Assembly (NCBI GenBank): GCA_000004985.1 | Contig: GG738846.1 | DNA: 64,000 nt | Reading direction: 5' to 3' (one strand) | DNA from: Naegleria gruberi | Taxonomy: Eukaryota | Part shown: one piece after another, positions 63,983 through 64,000 of the stretch | How the letters are laid out: every line of letters begins with the position of its first letter | Numbering within the stretch: the stretch's first letter is position 1 | The notes under the pieces: generated by a model | What the model was told of the DNA's origin: nothing | What the model saw: the letters and a program-made list of their open reading frames with translations, nothing else | Databases searched by the model: none | Made by a program: the position numbers and the translations under genes

Positions 63983-64000
63983 TTTATTTTCGCCTGATTT

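Noticed and set aside
1-64000. Prokaryotic interpretation (operons, defence islands, CRISPR arrays, phage)
   Set aside because: Homologues are all eukaryote-specific (IFT70/80, Nup107, PRP6, PIG-O, BAF60, PPR). GT-AG introns are present. There are no Shine-Dalgarno-spaced gene strings and no short regular repeat-spacer arrays.

Overview
This is eukaryotic nuclear DNA, not a prokaryotic locus. It is AT-rich and gene-dense on both strands. Genes use the standard code, with TAA, TAG and TGA all acting as stops. The ORF track uses alternative start codons (TTG/GTG scored as M), so many ORF 'starts' are not real ATGs. Several genes are split across adjacent ORFs by very short spliceosomal introns of 38-51 nt (GTAAGT or GTATGT ... 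AG). I reconstructed these by homology and give approximate splice coordinates.

Confidently recognised genes are DNA topoisomerase II, a class III adenylyl/guanylyl cyclase, a P5-type protein disulfide isomerase, PIG-O/GPI13, IFT70/TTC30, IFT80, an NT5C2-type cytosolic 5'-nucleotidase, a Nup107/Nup84-like nucleoporin, DDX49/Dbp8, an IU-nucleoside hydrolase, PPR proteins, NMNAT, a BAF60/SMARCD-like SWIB protein, PRP6 and a Ctr copper transporter. Two intraflagellar-transport genes, PPR proteins, abundant cyclase-type genes and tiny introns point to a free-living amoeboflagellate. A Naegleria-like heterolobosean is plausible; this is inference only. I see no rRNA, tRNA or CRISPR.

The non-routine features are:
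- a locus rearrangement around 45.9-52.5 kb: a truncated duplicate of the 5' part of a two-TM sensor/cyclase-like gene sits next to an intact NMNAT gene, and a 229-bp NMNAT 3' fragment sits next to the intact sensor gene, with a 4.8-kb block in between;
- a ~490-bp MITE-like element with 29-34 bp terminal inverted repeats;
- a candidate 4-nt micro-exon in the 5'-nucleotidase gene that restores the conserved DMDYT(L/I)A motif;
- an identical 14-nt intronic motif in the first introns of IFT70 and IFT80;
- a perfect E2F-type palindrome (TTTGGCGCCAAA) upstream of topoisomerase II, with related ...CGCCAA... motifs upstream of five other genes;
- four tandem AT-hook-like repeats in the topoisomerase II tail.
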